This document shows positions 35,642 through 48,603 of a DNA stretch of 64,000 nt, in pieces. Source of the stretch: Vitrella brassicaformis CCMP3155 (Eukaryota; Protista; Chromerida); the NCBI GenBank assembly GCA_001179505.1, contig CDMY01000305.1, positions 372,001 through 436,000 on the forward strand. Direction: 5' to 3'. Within the stretch, counting starts at the first letter, position 1; each line of letters begins with the position of its first letter. The position numbers and the translations under genes were made by a program. The notes under the pieces were generated by a model, which searched no databases, had not been told where the DNA came from, and worked only from the letters and a program-made list of their open reading frames with translations.

Positions 35642-36773
35642 ATGGCGAAAGTCAAGGGCTCGTGCAAATGGTCAGCGCACGACGCACGAGGAGGGTGGAG
35701 GGGAGGAAAGCTCTGCACGACGCATCGCATCATGTTCTCTCCTCTCTGTGTTGCGCCAGGTTCAACTCAAGCAAGGTGAGCAACGCCGTGACGAACACGT
35801 GACGCGCACACGGGCGCGGCGCATGCGACAGGCGTGTGTGGGTGTGGGTGTGTGGTGACTATGTGGTGCCAGGGTTTCGGGTTTATCGAGCCTGACGACG
35901 GTAGCGGGGACGTCTTCGTCCACCAGAGTTCCATCCATGCGCGTGGGTTCCGCAACCTCGCCGAGGGCGAACAGGTCGAGTTCGACGTCGAGACAGACGA
36001 ACAGTAAGTAACCGACAGACACGCCACACACCCACCAACATAACACACCCACTGCACTGCACCAAGGCGTGTTCCGCTCCGTGTGTGTCCTGTCCAGGGG
36101 ACGCCGCAAGGCCGTCAACGTGACCGGCCCCGGTGGAGACTTCGTCAAGGGCGAAGAAAGACGCGTCAGACCCCAGCCCAGCCCCCCTCTCACCGACACA
36201 CAGCAATTACACACATTCATGCCATGCGTGTGTCATCTTGTCGCCATTTACCAACAGGACGGCGGAGGCGGCGGCTATGGCGGTGGAGGGTATGGCGGCG
36301 GCGGGTACGATAGCTATGGTGGAGGTGGTGGGTACGGGCGTGGGGGCTACGGTGGTGGCGGCGGCTATGGGGGTGGGGGGAGGGGCCGCGGGGGCTACGG
36401 GGGCGGAGGATACTCCAACGGATACGGCGGGGGAGGGTAAGTAAGCACCAGTCCACTCAGGGTGGCCCTGACTCAGGGGATGCATCAGTCCACTCACATG
36501 TGACACATGGATGTGGTGTGTCTGTGCTGTGTTGTGTCCACAGGGGTGGCTCCTACTACGGCGGCGGGGGAGGCGGCTATGGGGGCGGCAGAGGGGGATA
36601 CAACGACGGGGTACGCACAGACGGCAGCATGTCAGGCAGACAGACAGACAGACAGACCGACACAGAGGAAGTTGCCTACACATCTATGTGTGTGTGTGTC
36701 GGGGTGTCTGTGTGTCCTGGCTGTGTGTGGTTTGCAGGGCTACGGCGGGGGTGGCGGCTATGGGGGCTACTGA
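35642..36773 (+). CDS. Cold-shock domain protein with Gly/Tyr/Arg-rich tail
   Basis: Spliced [67 protein letters not shown] then GGYGG/RGG repeats; includes a 16-nt exon (35760-35775). Confidence 0.95.
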
Positions 36774-38458
36774 TGCGCTCGCCATACTACACCACACCAC
36801 ACAATGGGGGGGAGGCGGGATGCGTTGCGGTGCGTGGGGTACATGTACATGTCTGTCTGCTGGATGGTGCATACACGATTCATTGATACAATGAGGTGGT
36901 CGTTCGCTTGTGTGTGCAGCTGCCAACTGGCACATGACGATTTGACTCATCAATCCACTGACTCACTCACTCGTTTCTTGTCTCGCTCTCTGCTCTCTCT
37001 ATATTTCTTTGTTGGCCTTTTTTCTCTCCCCGTGTGCGGAGCGCGTCCGCACACCGGATCGGACCATAGCCGTAGCACAGCACAGAGGGGTCGACTCAGA
37101 CAGACACAGAAACAGACGCAGGCAGACCGACAACCACAGACGCGCGCGTGTGGCAGGCCAGGCCAGCAGCCCCACTCACCGCCTCGCCTCCCTCCTATCT
37201 ATCCTCCTAGAAAGAAAGAAGCTAACTAATTCGGCATGCCTTTGGGTGCATGTGTGCATTGATTGCATTGCTTCAGCTGCAGACAGACAGAGCAATGACT
37301 GGATGGGATGGAGTGGGGGTGGAGTGTGGGGATGGATGCGTGGGCATTGCATGCGATGCGATGCGTTCGATGAATGATTCGTGCCTGGATGGATTGATGG
37401 ATGGTAGGTGATGTGCTCTAGTGACTGGGGCACGGGCGAGGCCGAGAGGGCGGAGGAGCGACCAACAAGAGAGAGGGGTTTTAAGCCGGCTGATAGACAC
37501 CAGACGTGTGTGTGTGTGTGTGTGTGTGCGTGTGCGTGTGTGTGCATGTTCGGTGGCGGTGGACGGACCTTCGTGTGTCTTGTGTGTCAATACGAGCCAC
37601 AGGTAGTCGAGAGTGAGTGACATTGACACACGAGCCACAGGTAGTCGAGAGTGAGTGACATCTCACACACACCCGTGTGCATTCCTCCCGTCTGGTTCGT
37701 ATGGAGGTATGCACACAACACACACACACACATGCACACACACACACATGCAATTCACTCACCACACTCACATAACATGCAGACACGCACACACATCATG
37801 ATGCCCATCCGTCCACAGACAGACAGACGGAGGAAGGCAAAAATGCCTGCAATGCATCGTCATTGTTTTGTTTGGATGGTTCCATCCATCCATCCATTCG
37901 TCCGTCCATTCCACTGCCGGCCAGGTCAGGTAGGTCTCGGTGTGTGTCCCCCTCCGCCCTGAATGACTGCTCACCCAGGCATACTGATCCAAGTGAGCAG
38001 TCGTCCACCACCGAGAAGTTAACAAGCCGAGACCGACTTGGCTATCGCGCATCGCATCAAAGGGCTCACCCGACACAACACATGCATTGCATCCATCTGT
38101 CTCAGTCAGTGTTCCGCAGCCAATGTGTTTGCACATCAGTCAGAAGTATGTGTGTGTGTGTATCCTATCCGCTGTGGTGCGTTTATGCCTTCAAATGCAC
38201 CACAAAGGTCAGGCGCCCACATGCACTCACACCCCCACACTCACAGAGAATGCCACTCCATTCCCAGAAAGCACCCCACCCCCCGCATGCCCGGATGAAT
38301 AAAGCACCCACCCATCGCCACACACACAGGTACATATATAAAGCAGTTACTGAACACACCGCCCACTCGCCCCCACGCACCCCTCCATCAACACAGAACA
38401 TGATTCAGTCAAAAGTATGTCCTAATCGCCAATCGAACGAACGGCTAGACGACGGCGG

Positions 38459-40140
38459 CTAGACAACGTTCGGCCCCAGCAGCAGCGACCCGACGGCAAA
38501 GACGAGGAACAGAGTGCCGGCCGCCAGGGCGACGGCACGCTCGCTGATCGAAGCCGCCAGCATCTTTCCTCCGACCACAGCGATGCCCGTGCAGATGGCG
38601 TGGCCCAGACAGCCGCCCACCGTCACACCCACAGTCTCCTCCAACTTGGCACTGAAGCACACACACACACACAGACACAGACAGAAAGAGACAGACACAG
38701 AGGCCCATGTGTGCATGGAGGGTTGGGGGAGGGGAGAAAGGCTGAACTGCCTCTCACACGTGTCGTGTGAGTGTGGGGCATGGCATGCTTACGCGAGGGC
38801 TATGGTGGTGATCTGCGACCTATCCCCCCACTCGGCGCAGAAGGTCATCATGAACGCCTGCAAAGCACAGAATGGACAAACGGTATCTCTCTCCCTCCAT
38901 CCATACGCTTGCCACCACACCTGACCTGCCAGAATGTCTTGTTGACGATCCACGAGAGCCCCCACCTCTCCACCCAGGTCCCCCTCACGCGCCGCCGCAG
39001 CCGGCCAGGCACACCGCCCACACCTCCAAGACGCGAACTCGCCGTGGACGTGTGACGGACAAAATCCAACGGAGGAGACGGCACATAGCCGTACGTGGCA
39101 CCCTGACCCTGACCAGCACCGTCAGTGTCTGTGTCAGTGTCAGTGTGTGCCGGCTCCTGCTGCTGCACAAGGGGCGTGTTGAGATCGGGTGGTGGTGCTG
39201 CTGCTGTGGGGGGGAGCTGATTGCTGTGGTCATGCTGGGAGGTGGAGGTGGAGGTGGGCGGGGAGGCGTGTGAGCTGCCCTCGTCCGCGATGGAGCTGAA
39301 GGGCCGGTCGAGAGCGTCAGAAGACTCCGCCGCCGTGCTCTGCTGCTGCGACCGCTGTGACTGCTGCGACCGCATGTGAAGGTGGTGGTTGCTGTTGCTG
39401 TTGCCGACGCTGCTGCCGACGTGCTTGTCCTCCCCTCCCCCGCCCTCATCCTCATTGCTGTCCGGCAGAGCCGTCTCTGAAAATGGCGATGGCACAGCCG
39501 TGGATGGCAGGGAGGGGTCGTACTTGGCGCGTGCCGTGTGTGTGGGGTGGCTGTGGCTGTGGCTGTGGTTGTGGGTTTGTGCGTGGGGCTCAGAGGGCTC
39601 TGGCCCTGACGGTTCGGAGGGCAGCAGCCGGAAGCCCTGGGGGAAGGAGGTGATGGGCATGGTCATGTCGTTGCTGTGATTGTTATTGCTAATGAGGTGG
39701 TGGTCGGATAGGGGGGTGGCGTCCTCTGAGGCTGCGTCGAGGTTCATCTCCTGTTCGAGCTCGCGGATCTCCTCCTCCGGCTCCTCTGCACATATCACAA
39801 CACACACGACCATCACATCAGTATGCCCGTGGAGTGGAAGATGTGTTGAGCTGCCAGTCCCCCCCCCTTCTCCTCTCTCTCTGTGTGTGTGTGTATGTGT
39901 GTGTGTGTGGTTGGTGACCACACTGACCAAAGGTGTTCATGCAGGCGTCGTAAAAAGACTTGACGGCGAAGACGAAGAAGAGGACAATGGCGGCATAGTG
40001 CGTCCATATCTTAGGCAGTAGTGTCGGCAGCAGCTTCCCCAGCAGCGCCGACAGCAACGTCATCAGCGCCAGACACGCAAATGCCGCCCAGAACACGACT
40101 GCATCACATGTGTGTGGCGGTGATAGGGGGGAGGGAACGA

Positions 40141-40172
<32 letters not shown>

Positions 40173-40761
40173 GCGTTGATGAGGCGTGTGTGTGTGTGTG
40201 TCTTCCTTACTGATGTGTGATCCCCTCATCGAAAGAATGGCAGCGATGAAGAAGGTCTTGTCGCCGATCTCCTGCATCCGACGCCAGCCACACCTTTGAT
40301 TCCCTCCCTGTGACAGCCCTGTGTGGCCCGATTGCCCGACTGACTGACCGAGAAGATGATGTTTAAGAGGCTTGCAGCAAATGCCGTCCAGAAGCCCGCA
40401 TGCGACTGCTGCCCCTCCCCCGCCGAGGACGCCATGCCCTCAAACACGCCCTGGATCTGATTCCACGCGGAGTCGACAAGGGAAGGATGCAGCCCCGCTG
40501 CCGGCGTCGACGCATTGCCGTCATCATGATGAAGGCCCTGCGCGACACGCGCCACGTCACACGCACACACGCGTGTGCCAGATCAGTGCATTGCATGTGA
40601 TTTGCTGTGTGTAAGTGTTTGTGTGCCTGGCGGACCTTCAGGCCTCGGAGGAGCAGCGCCGCATCGGATGCCAGATCTGCCGCATCCTGCGCATCCCCAC
40701 TGGGGGCGGCGATAAAGATGAACACAAACGAAAGAAACACAGAGAGGCGAGATATAAGCAT
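38459..40761 (-). CDS. GDT1/TMEM165 (UPF0016) Ca2+/Mn2+ transporter with enlarged central loop
   Basis: Both family motifs present: EIGDKTFFIAAIL and FCAEWGDRSQITTIAL. Terminal GVTVGGCLGHAICTGIAVVGGKMLA. N-terminal signal-like sequence. Confidence 0.92.
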
Positions 40762-40965
40762 GGCAGCCGCCACCGGTTCTGCCTCAAAGCCCTCGGCACT
40801 GGGGAACGCTCGAAACCCCTCGAGCTCGCACAAAGGCTCGCATTTCCCTGATCGATGCGTTTCTCCCCTTGAGGTTTCTCTGGCCCTCTGTAGCGTGTGA
40901 AGGCCACAAGCATGCCCACCATCCATCCCGCTCTCGCCCAAACGACTGACTAGACAGACAGACAC

Positions 40966-43900
40966 ATGGCATCGCTCGGCACCACAACAGAGGCTGCAGC
41001 TGCAGCCGCAGCAGCTGGGGGAGAGCCTGCAGCACAGCCTGCAGCAGCAGCTGCAGCAGCGGCTGCCGCTGCACCATCGCAGGCACCTCCTCCCGGGTTC
41101 GGCGCGGCGGGCCTCGTTCGTGAGGATGAGTGGCGGTGCGACGGTTGCAGGACCCCGAACAAAGAGACGGATCTCAAGTGTGTGGCATGCGACGACGTCA
41201 AGCCGGGGCTGGACCAGGAGGAGGTTGATGCCGCCGTCCGCAAGCAGCAGGAGGACCTCAAACGACGCTTCCTCGGCTTAGGCAGCGGCGCTGGTGGAGG
41301 TGGAGGTGGGGGAGAGGGGGGTCTCCCCGCTCGGCCGCCGGGAGCAGTCTTCCACCCTGCCCCTGTGGTAGGTCAGCAGCCGTCTGTTCAAGTGCCGCCT
41401 CCCACAGGCGCGGCGCTCTTCGGGTGGCGGCCTCCAACCGCCGCTGCCGCCGGCGGTGGTGGTGGTGGGGGTGGTATTGCGTTGTTCGGCCGTGGTGCTG
41501 GGGAGGCAGAGTTCCGCCTGAGGTCCAACGAGAAGACGCCCAGGTACGGGAGGGAAGCCACAACACGACCCCCACCGATTCGTAGCGTGTGTGCATATCT
41601 CTTCCCTCCCTCGGTGTCTGTCTGATGCATTTGTCTGTGCAGTTTCGGTCCACCAGAGGAGCCCGCAGCAGCAGCAGCAGCTGCCGCGGCCGCGGCCCCT
41701 CCCCCCCAAGTAGAGAGCAACGATGCCGCCAACCCTCCCCTCTTTGTGTTTGGCGCTAACCAGAACCAGCCGCCTCCGCCCCCCTCCCTCGACCCAATGC
41801 CCGGCGAGCTCTTCGCAGATCAGCTCCAGCAGCAGCCTGCCGCTGCAGCAGCACCAGCAGGGTGGGTGCCGGTGTTGGCCCCCGCCCCGGGCGCCCCTGT
41901 TGTTGGTCTGAAGAGCGGTTTGCGTGTGCCTGATTTGAGCGTGGGGGTGTTGGATTTGGGTGTTGAGGAGCAGCGGATTGTCAATGGGGTAGCGGTGCCG
42001 CTGGGAGAAGTATTCTCGCATGGATCTGGTATGTATGGGGGGATTGGGATGCAACTGAGCGCACACACGAATGGATGGATGGATGGACGGATGGATGGAT
42101 GGATCTCTGTGTTGGTGGTGTGTGTGTCGTGTGTTGCAGGTGAGTGTGATCAGCTGGGTTTGGGGGACACTAAGCTGCAGAGGAAGAAACCTGACCTAAT
42201 CAAAGTACGTTTCAGCCACACCACACCCATACCACACAAACACACGTGTGTTGATATCTGATGCTTGTATTGGCCTCTGTGTGCGTGTGTGTGTGTGTGT
42301 GTGTTTAGGAGTTGGAGGGCGAGGAGGTGTGGGAGATAGCAGTGGGCGGCATGCACTCAGCAGCGCTCACCAAGAACGGAAAAGTCTGGACCTGGGGTGA
42401 GCTGAGCTGTCACACAGACATCCACGCCCTCGCACACCGCCCCAGGCACACACGCATGACATGACATGTGTGTGTGTGTGTGTGTGTGTCCATTGGTTTG
42501 TTCAGGGTGCAACGACGACTACGCACTCGGCCGTGACGGAGTGCAAAACCGACCCGGTGTGCTCGAGCTGGACATCACTATCAAGATCAAGAAGGTAACC
42601 CCACACACGCACCACACCACACCACACCACACCAGCACAGCCATCCCTCCCTCCCTCCCTCTGTCCCTCTGTTCCTCTGTCCCTCTGTTGATCGTCCCAT
42701 CACCCGACCAGGTGGTGTGCGGCGACAGCCACAGCGCCGGCCTCTCCTTCACCAGACACGTCTACCTATGGGGCTCCTACAAGGTAGGTGCCTACCACAC
42801 CCACCCCACACAGACTCACAAACGCCCCCGCATCCCTCTCTCCTCTCTCCTCTCTCCCTGTGTGTGTCCTGTTGTCATGTGTCGTGTGTCAGTGCAACGA
42901 CTTCCACATCGGGTTCCCCCATCGGGAGGTCAAGGTCACGGGCCTCCCTGAGGGCGCGTCGGCCACCAGGGTGCGGCAGTTCTTCGAGAGCAAGCTGCCG
43001 GACGTCGCAGTGCAGGAGGTCCGCCTCGACAGAGACAGTGGGTACGCTCGTCGGCACCATGCCCTGCACACACAACACAGGGAGAGACAGAGAGAGAGGC
43101 TCTGTTTTGCGTGTTGTTGTGAGTGATGTGTTTGTGTTCAGGAGTGCGCGTGTGTCCTTTGTGGACGAAAGCGCTGTGGAGAAGGCCGCCGGCCTCGACA
43201 ACGAAGTCGTCACGGAGGACACATTCCTCGACTCCACCACACAAGAGGACCAAAAGGTGACCATCCCCCCCGCCCCACCCACACCGACACCGACTCACAC
43301 ATCTGCCTTCCCATCTCTCTCTGTCTCTCTCTGTGTGCGTGTGTGTGGGGAAGGAGTGTCGCATCCGCGTGTCGTCATGTCTGTGTGAGAAGCAGCGCGT
43401 GCCCGTGAGAGTTCCCCATCTCGACAACATCCAGCAGCTCGCAGCCGGCAACAACCACACCATCGCCCTCCGGGGCGACTCAGAGGTGAGTGACCCTCTA
43501 TCTGCCCATCCACCCACCTCGCACCCTCCCCTCCCCCCCGTCTCTCTCTCTCTCTCTCTCTGTGTGTCTCTTTGAGTATGCAGTTGTATGTGTGGGGCAA
43601 CAACGAGTTTTCTCAGCTGACCTTCCCCCCTCTCCGGCCCGCAGACGACGAGGAGGCCCGCAGTGACGGATTCCAGAAGCGCAAGCGCACCGCAGCGCGG
43701 GAGCTCCTGTACCCCAAGAAGCGCACACTCGCCGAGTAAGAGAGAGAGAGACGCGGGGGAGAGAGAGATGGATAGATGTCATTTGTCTGTGTGTCTGTCT
43801 GTCTGTCTGTGTGTCTGTCTGTGTGTGCAGGCTGGGCATTGGTGCGTCGTGTGGGTCGATCAGCCGAGTCTTCGCCTCGGCCAACTGCACCTTCCTCGGT

Positions 43901-44341
43901 GTCAGGACCACCAACGGCGTATCGAAGCTCTACGGGTAAGTCACAACACAGACACACACACAGTGGACACACACACACATACGGCTCATGTGCGTGTGTG
44001 TGTGTGTGTTGGTGCGCTGTGAGTTCAGGTGTGGTTCGAACTCATGTGGTGAGGTGGGCATCGGGACGCAGAGCGAGACGGTCGACGAGATGACCGAGGT
44101 AGCAGCGCTCCGCGATAAGGACGTAAGCACCGCCTCTCTCCATCCATCCATCCATCCATCCATGGGTGTGCTGTCTCTCTCTCTCCTGTGTGCAGGTGGT
44201 TCAGCTGTGCGGCGGCAGTTTCCACACCGTCGCCCTCCTGCGCGACCGCCTCGACGCCAGCGACGGCACCGTCATGTCGTGGGGCAAGGGTGCGTACTCA
44301 CACATGGACGCGCGCATGCATACTCATGCAATCCCATCTCC

Positions 44342-44377
<36 letters not shown>

Positions 44378-44919
44378 CCAGGTGAGTGCACTGGCACCGG
44401 TCGCTCGGGTCAGGACAATGTGCTAGAGCCTCGGGAGATCTCTGTAGAGGTACGTTTGTTTCGTTTAGTGGCTGACGAAGAGAGGGAGGGAGGGAGAAAC
44501 ACGGACACGGACAGGCAATCACGCCCTCCCTCTCCCTCCCTCTCTGTGTGCGCGCGACCATTCATTCACACCACACAGGGAGTTCGTTTCCGCACTATCG
44601 GCGCTGGAGCCACACACACGCTCGCGACCACCCGCGCGGGCGATGTCTTCTCATGGTGCGCACTCACATGGACACACACCCATCCCCTTCATCGGTGCCT
44701 TATCTGTGTGTGTCTCTTCTGTGTGTCTGGTGGTGTCATGTCATGTCAGGGGTGTTGGCGTGAACCATCAGCTTGGGAACTTGACGCAGGAGCCGACGGA
44801 CGACGCGGCCTACGTAGAGTTGAAGCCCCATCGCATCGAGTCCATGAAACTAGCGGACAAATTCGTCCTGAAGGTAGGTACCACCACACAACACACACCC
44901 ACACACAAACGTGCAAACG

Positions 44920-44968
<49 letters not shown>

Positions 44969-47615
44969 TGGCTCCATTACCCATCCATCAGGCCGACGGC
45001 GGTGCGCAACACTCTGTCGAGTTGGTAAGACACACACTGCACAAACACAACAGCACTTGCCCCTCATCTGATTCCACTTGTCTCTCTGTCTGTCTGTCTG
45101 TGTGCTCCACCCCGCCCCCACCACATACGGCACACAGGCGTGGACCGGCAAGACCGACTTCCTCCGCGGCGAAGCGCCAGAGGCGGTGGTGGCCCCTGCA
45201 GCGGCAGCGGCAGCAGCAGCTGCTGCAGCTGCACCTGTCGTGCCGCCGTCTCCCCCTCCCGCAGTGTCACTCCAGCTCAAACGCAAGCGCGAGGAGGAGG
45301 ACAAGTCGCCGTCGCCCAAGAAGCCCCGGTTCGGCCACCTGACGGCAGCTGCTGCCGAGATGGAGGAGGAGATGGACATGGCCCCCGCACCACAGCCCCT
45401 GCCCCCTCCAGCCATACCCGAGCAGCAGGAGCAGCAGCAGCAACAGCCCCCCGCACCATCCGATGTCGACATGGCCGAGGCCGAGGCAGAGGAGCCGCAG
45501 TTGCCGCCCTTCGCACCGATGACGGCTCCGCCTGCCGTGGGTGTTCACGAGGCTGCTGCGGCTGCTGCTGTTGCCCCGCCAGGGGGCGACGAGGAGATGG
45601 CCGCACCTTCGCCACAACCACCGCCCCCCGCTGCTCAAGATGAAGACGAGGACCAAGAGATGGCGCCTGCGGCCCCTCCAGAGGAGGAGCACCCACTACC
45701 CCCACGGGCCCCTCCTGGCCCTCCTCCTGTTCCTGAGCCATCCCAGGAGGCTCCGGAGGCTCCCCAAGCACCGCCAGCCGCCGAGGAGGCCGAGCAGGAG
45801 GCTGCTGGGGCGGGAGAGGAGGGGGCTGAGGGCGGCGGGGAGCAGCTCGAGCAGCCTGCTGGGGGCGTTGAGGGTGCGGAGGGCGGAGAGGAGGAGGCTC
45901 CAGCTCCCGCGGTGCCCAAGGCCAAAGGAAAGGCCAAGGGGCGCGCCAAGGGCAAGGCCAAGGCGGGGCGCGCTAAAGCCAAGCGCGCCCCGCGCAAGAC
46001 CAGGGCTGCTGCAGCTGACGACGATCACGAGGAGGAACAGGAAGAGGGGCAGGCTGCAGCAGCGGCAGCAGCAGCAGCAGCTGGTGGTGGGATGGGGGAG
46101 GCCGCTGGTGCGGCAGTTGGAGAGGGGGATGTAGAAATGGCCGAAGGAGTTGGAGGAGAGGGCGAGGGCGCTGCGGGCGAGGGCGAGGGTGCGGCAGCTG
46201 CCGTGGCTGGCGAGCAGCAGCCTGAGGAGCCACAGGAAGAACACGAGGACGAGGAGGAAGAAAAAGACAAACCAGAGGAGACGGAAGAGGAGGCTCCCGC
46301 CCCAGCCGCAGCAGCGGCCGCTGCTGCTGGTGGTCGCCCTCGCCGTAAAGCCGCGCAGAAGCCCTCAGGTCAGAAACAACTTACACACATGAACGCATCC
46401 ACCCACTCGTTGAATGACACCCCCCGTATGTCCGTCTGTGTGTGTCTGTGTGGATTGTTCAGCTGCTGCTGGTGTTGGTGAAGGGGAGGAGGAGGAGGAG
46501 GCAGCCGGCGGGCGTCGCGTCAAGAAGCCCGTCGGCAAGACCAAGGCCAAGAGCAAGGCGGCGAGCAAGGCTAAGGCGAAGGCCAAGAGCGGCAGTAGTG
46601 CTGCGGTGGCCGCGCGGCCGAAGCGGACGGGGGCGAGGAGGCAGCCGCCACCTGACGAGGAGGCAGAGGACGAGCGCGAGCATGACGAACAAGCAGAGAA
46701 CGAGGAGGCGCCGCCCGCCCCGCCTGCGCGTCCGCAGAGGCCCCGCAGACAGGCCGCACAGAAGCAGCAGAAAGGTGCGCCGAAAGAGAGGAGAGGCAGC
46801 GTGTGGGTGGTCTTGTTCTGTGTTCCATGGATGGACTCTTTGTGCTGTGCTGTGCTGTGTTGCAGACGTAGCCGAGGAGGAGAAGGAGGAGGAGAAGGAG
46901 GAGGGCGAGGCCGAGCCAGTGGCGGCGGCTGCTGCTGCTGCGGCCGCCAAGCCCCCACCAGCACCGAAGAGGGCCGCCAGAGCGAAACCGAAACCCAAAG
47001 CACAGACAGAAGGTCAGTCAGTGAAAGAGTGCGACATCCGCCCAACCACTCATTGATTCTCTCTGGTTGCATCTGCTCAGCCAAGGCCAAGCCGAGGCCT
47101 CGTAGGGCTGCCGCGGCCGCTGCACACCACGACCAACACGAAGAGGAGGATGAAGACGAGGACGAGGGCAAGGAGGAGGGTGGAGAGGAGGAGGTCGCGC
47201 AGCCTGCCGCTGCTGCTAAGGCCAAGGCCAAAGCTAAGGGCAAGAGTGCGGCTGCCAAGAAGGCCGCTGCCAAGGCCAAGGCCAATGGGAAAGCACCAAA
47301 GCCTGCAGAGGAGGAGGAGGTACGCGAGAGGGAGAGAGATGTAGCTCACCCACATCAACCGGTCGGTGGAGGGACGGTCGTCATTTGTGTGTGTGTGTGT
47401 GTGTGTGTGTCAGGAGGATGAGGGTGAGGACGAGCCCGTGGCGGCCCAGCCCAAGGCTAAGGCGAAGGCGAAGGCCAAAGGTGCGTGGGGATGAACAGAC
47501 ATGGGACCATTCATTGGGTCGATGGATGGACAGATGGAGGGATGTGTGGGTGTCATTCATGTCAGGCAAGGCGAAGGGCAAAGCGAAGGCCAAGGCTAAG
47601 GCCAAGGCCAAGTGA
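40966..47615 (+). CDS. RCC1: RCC1 (Ran guanine nucleotide exchange factor) orthologue with N-terminal RanBP2-type zinc finger, internal RRM and acidic/Lys-Ala C-terminal tail
   Basis: Blades GEVFSHGSGECDQLGLGD..RKKP, VGGMHSAAL..VWTWGCNDDYALGR, CGDSHSAGL..VYLWGSYK, AAGNNHT, CGGSFHT, GDVFSWGVGVNHQLG, DGGAQHS match RCC1 proper. ZnF WRCDGCRTPNKETDLKCVAC at 41131-41190. TGA at 47613-47615. Confidence 0.88.
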
Positions 47616-48342
47616 CGATACATACCCACACACGCATCGATCCACCTACCAGGTAGGTATATATGTCAGACAGACAAGTGCACAGGTCGAGCGTCGCATC
47701 TCATGCACTCATGTCCGTCTGTCTGTCTGTCTGTCTTCGCTATGTGTGTGTGTATCAGGGGCCGTCGGGTGGTGATATACTTCTCCGTGTGTGTGTGTGC
47801 GAGTGACACCTATGGTACCTATGGTTCGATAGAGGCGGGATGAGTGAGTGGGTCGATGGCCGACGGACGGACAGACTGCGTGTGGTGGCTCACACACCAT
47901 GCATACTACCACACCACACCACACGACATTGCATGCCATCCCATCCCTCTGCATGGCGCTGCATTTCACTCATCGCATGCACTGGGTGGGTGCATCCATC
48001 TATCTATTGGGTTGGAGAATTGCGTGGAATCAATGCCTGCCGGCCGTGGCTGTCCGTCTGTCCGTGTCTGTCTGTCTGGCCATCTGCATCGTACAGGGCT
48101 AACCAAGCTGGCTGGCTGTTTTCAACGCCTGGCTGACCGACTGGCTGTCTGTCTCCTTCCTCGCCTGATGGTTGTCTGATCGTTTAGACCCTGATGGACT
48201 CGCATCGTCCTCTGGAACACAGACAACGCCGTTCTCTGGGTGGCGATGAATCAAGACCACTGGGGCAGTCTTGCGATGATGATTGGGCTCACGCGCAGAG
48301 CTTGTCAGAAGCTTGGCAGAGTTCACCTTTCCCTCGCCCGTC

Positions 48343-48358
48343 GCTCGCACTGCGAGCT
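48343..48358. promoter_or_regulatory. Candidate promoter element AGCTCGCA (here as an inverted pair)
   Basis: gctcgca-c-tgcgagct about 250 bp upstream of ATG 48604; the same octamer lies near six other start codons (see findings). Confidence 0.35.
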
Positions 48359-48603
48359 TTGGAACATTCTTTTGCGAATTTCGTCCCCTTATTCGTCTCA
48401 GTTGACGTAGCACAACTCAGTCGGTAGCCGTTGGTCACCCGCTCCTCTGCTCGCCTCAGCGCCTCATTCTTCAATCACTCCTCCGGCACTTTCGGCGCAT
48501 TGCCGCTGCGTAGAGCCGAATTGGGGTGCCCCCGGTTCTGCACGTGAGCGACAAGAAGCGCCAGTCCACCTATTGCCGTCACCGCATCCATCGCTTGCCG
48601 CCG

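Noticed and set aside
35642-36773. Lin28/plant-type zinc knuckles in the cold-shock protein
   Set aside because: No CCHC motif in the spliced tail; only Gly/Tyr/Arg repeats.
37593-37660. 30-bp direct repeat cgagccacaggtagtcgagagtgagtgaca with an 8-bp spacer
   Set aside because: Only two copies in intergenic/UTR sequence; simple local duplication.
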